Positions 34,352 through 35,090 of a DNA stretch of 35,090 nt are shown here, in pieces; positions within the stretch are counted from its first letter, which is position 1; each line of letters starts with the position of its first letter. The stretch covers positions 1-35,090 of the IMG/VR virus record IMGVR_UViG_3300037742_000042, one strand, 5' to 3'. Origin of the DNA: a virus (lineage: Duplodnaviria; Caudoviricetes). The translations under genes and the position numbers were made by a program. The notes under the pieces were generated by a model. It was given only the letters and a program-made list of their open reading frames with translations, was not told where the DNA came from and did not search any database.

Positions 34352-34903
34352 ATGTCAGCATCTAAAGGCCAGTATTACGGCGGTGCATACACCGCTATCC
34401 CGAGCGGAGATATCCGCACCATTCGCCTTACCTCGGACGGTAAGATCATGGTCGAAACATCATCCGCAACGGCGTCTAACGCGGCCGTCTACGATGCTAC
34501 CCCTCCGACGATTGTCGACGGTGCGTCTACGACGCTCTTTACCGACGTTAACGGCAATCTTAAGGGCGTAGAGCAGTATCAACCGGTCTATGAGGATAAC
34601 ACTGCCGGCGTTGCCAAGGTGGAGCACCGATACTCGTATACGCGTATCTCGACGGCTACAACCACGGTCATCAAAGCAAGCGCTGGGTTCTTGCATAAGA
34701 TTATCTGGAACAAGAGCGTTGCGACTGGCATTACGACGGTTTACGACAACACATCAGCGGCCGGTACCATTGTTGCGATTCGCACCGTTGGCGCGGCGCT
34801 CCTGTCGGATCCGCCCCTATCCGGTGAATATAACTGCACGATGGGGACCGGGATAACGGTCGTAACAAGTCAGGCCGAAGACATTACAGTGGTGTGGCGC
34901 TAA
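34352..34903 (+). CDS. Putative structural protein
   Basis: AGGAG RBS; T-rich; 'VIKASAGFLHKII...TVYDNTSAAGT' motif seen in virion proteins. Confidence 0.7.
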   Translation: MSASKGQYYGGAYTAIPSGDIRTIRLTSDGKIMVETSSATASNAAVYDATPPTIVDGASTTLFTDVNGNLKGVEQYQPVYEDNTAGVAKVEHRYSYTRISTATTTVIKASAGFLHKIIWNKSVATGITTVYDNTSAAGTIVAIRTVGAALLSDPPLSGEYNCTMGTGITVVTSQAEDITVVWR

Positions 34904-34904
34904 G

Positions 34905-35090
34905 ATGCCGCGCATAGCAGTAAGCGGCAGAGTCGCCAGAACCGGTAATCCACTTAATTACTCGCCATTTGGACTAGTTCTTTGGCTTCGCGCGGATATG
35001 GGGATAACGTTCGGGGCAACACCGCGGGCGTCTGGCACAACCCCACCCGTTGCGACACTTGGCGGGACGCTTTCAGGTCAGCAGAACGGC
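34905..35090 (+). CDS. LamG/concanavalin-like tail or baseplate protein, 3' truncated
   Basis: MPRIAVSGRVAR...GLVLWLRADMG; 'LVLWLRAD' is a typical LamG-like domain start; frame is open to the window end. Confidence 0.6.
   Translation, partial: MPRIAVSGRVARTGNPLNYSPFGLVLWLRADMGITFGATPRASGTTPPVATLGGTLSGQQNG

Noticed and set aside
1-35090. Alternative genetic code or stop-codon recoding
   Set aside because: Core genes are full length under the standard code, and TAA, TAG and TGA all end genes at tight junctions.

Overview
About 35 kb of a tailed dsDNA bacteriophage genome (GC-rich, podovirus-type, with P22/T7-like head, nozzle and ejection modules). The host is unknown; a diderm host is suggested by the lipoproteins. 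The window opens with the 3' part of a VirE/VapE-type primase-helicase, followed by a palindromic, origin-like repeat. Next is a ~12 kb accessory region of small genes on two converging arms (+ to ~9400, - from ~13450). That region is driven by a repeated promoter (AAGTnC-TTTACT-N17-TAnnnT), mostly with leaderless starts, and contains an HNH nuclease, a repeat lipoprotein, three paralogous lipid-anchored mini-metzincins, a C39-like peptidase, an atypical tRNA-Tyr fused to an 8-Cys peptide ORF, and an RHH regulator. The rest is a + strand late region: GroES, terminase large subunit, a prion-like PPWMQ/GGYG protein, portal, scaffold, major capsid, adaptor, nozzle, three ejection-type proteins and the start of a LamG-like protein. 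No integrase, lysis cassette, reverse transcriptase or CRISPR array is visible. All calls come from reading motifs and gene order by eye; no database search was run.
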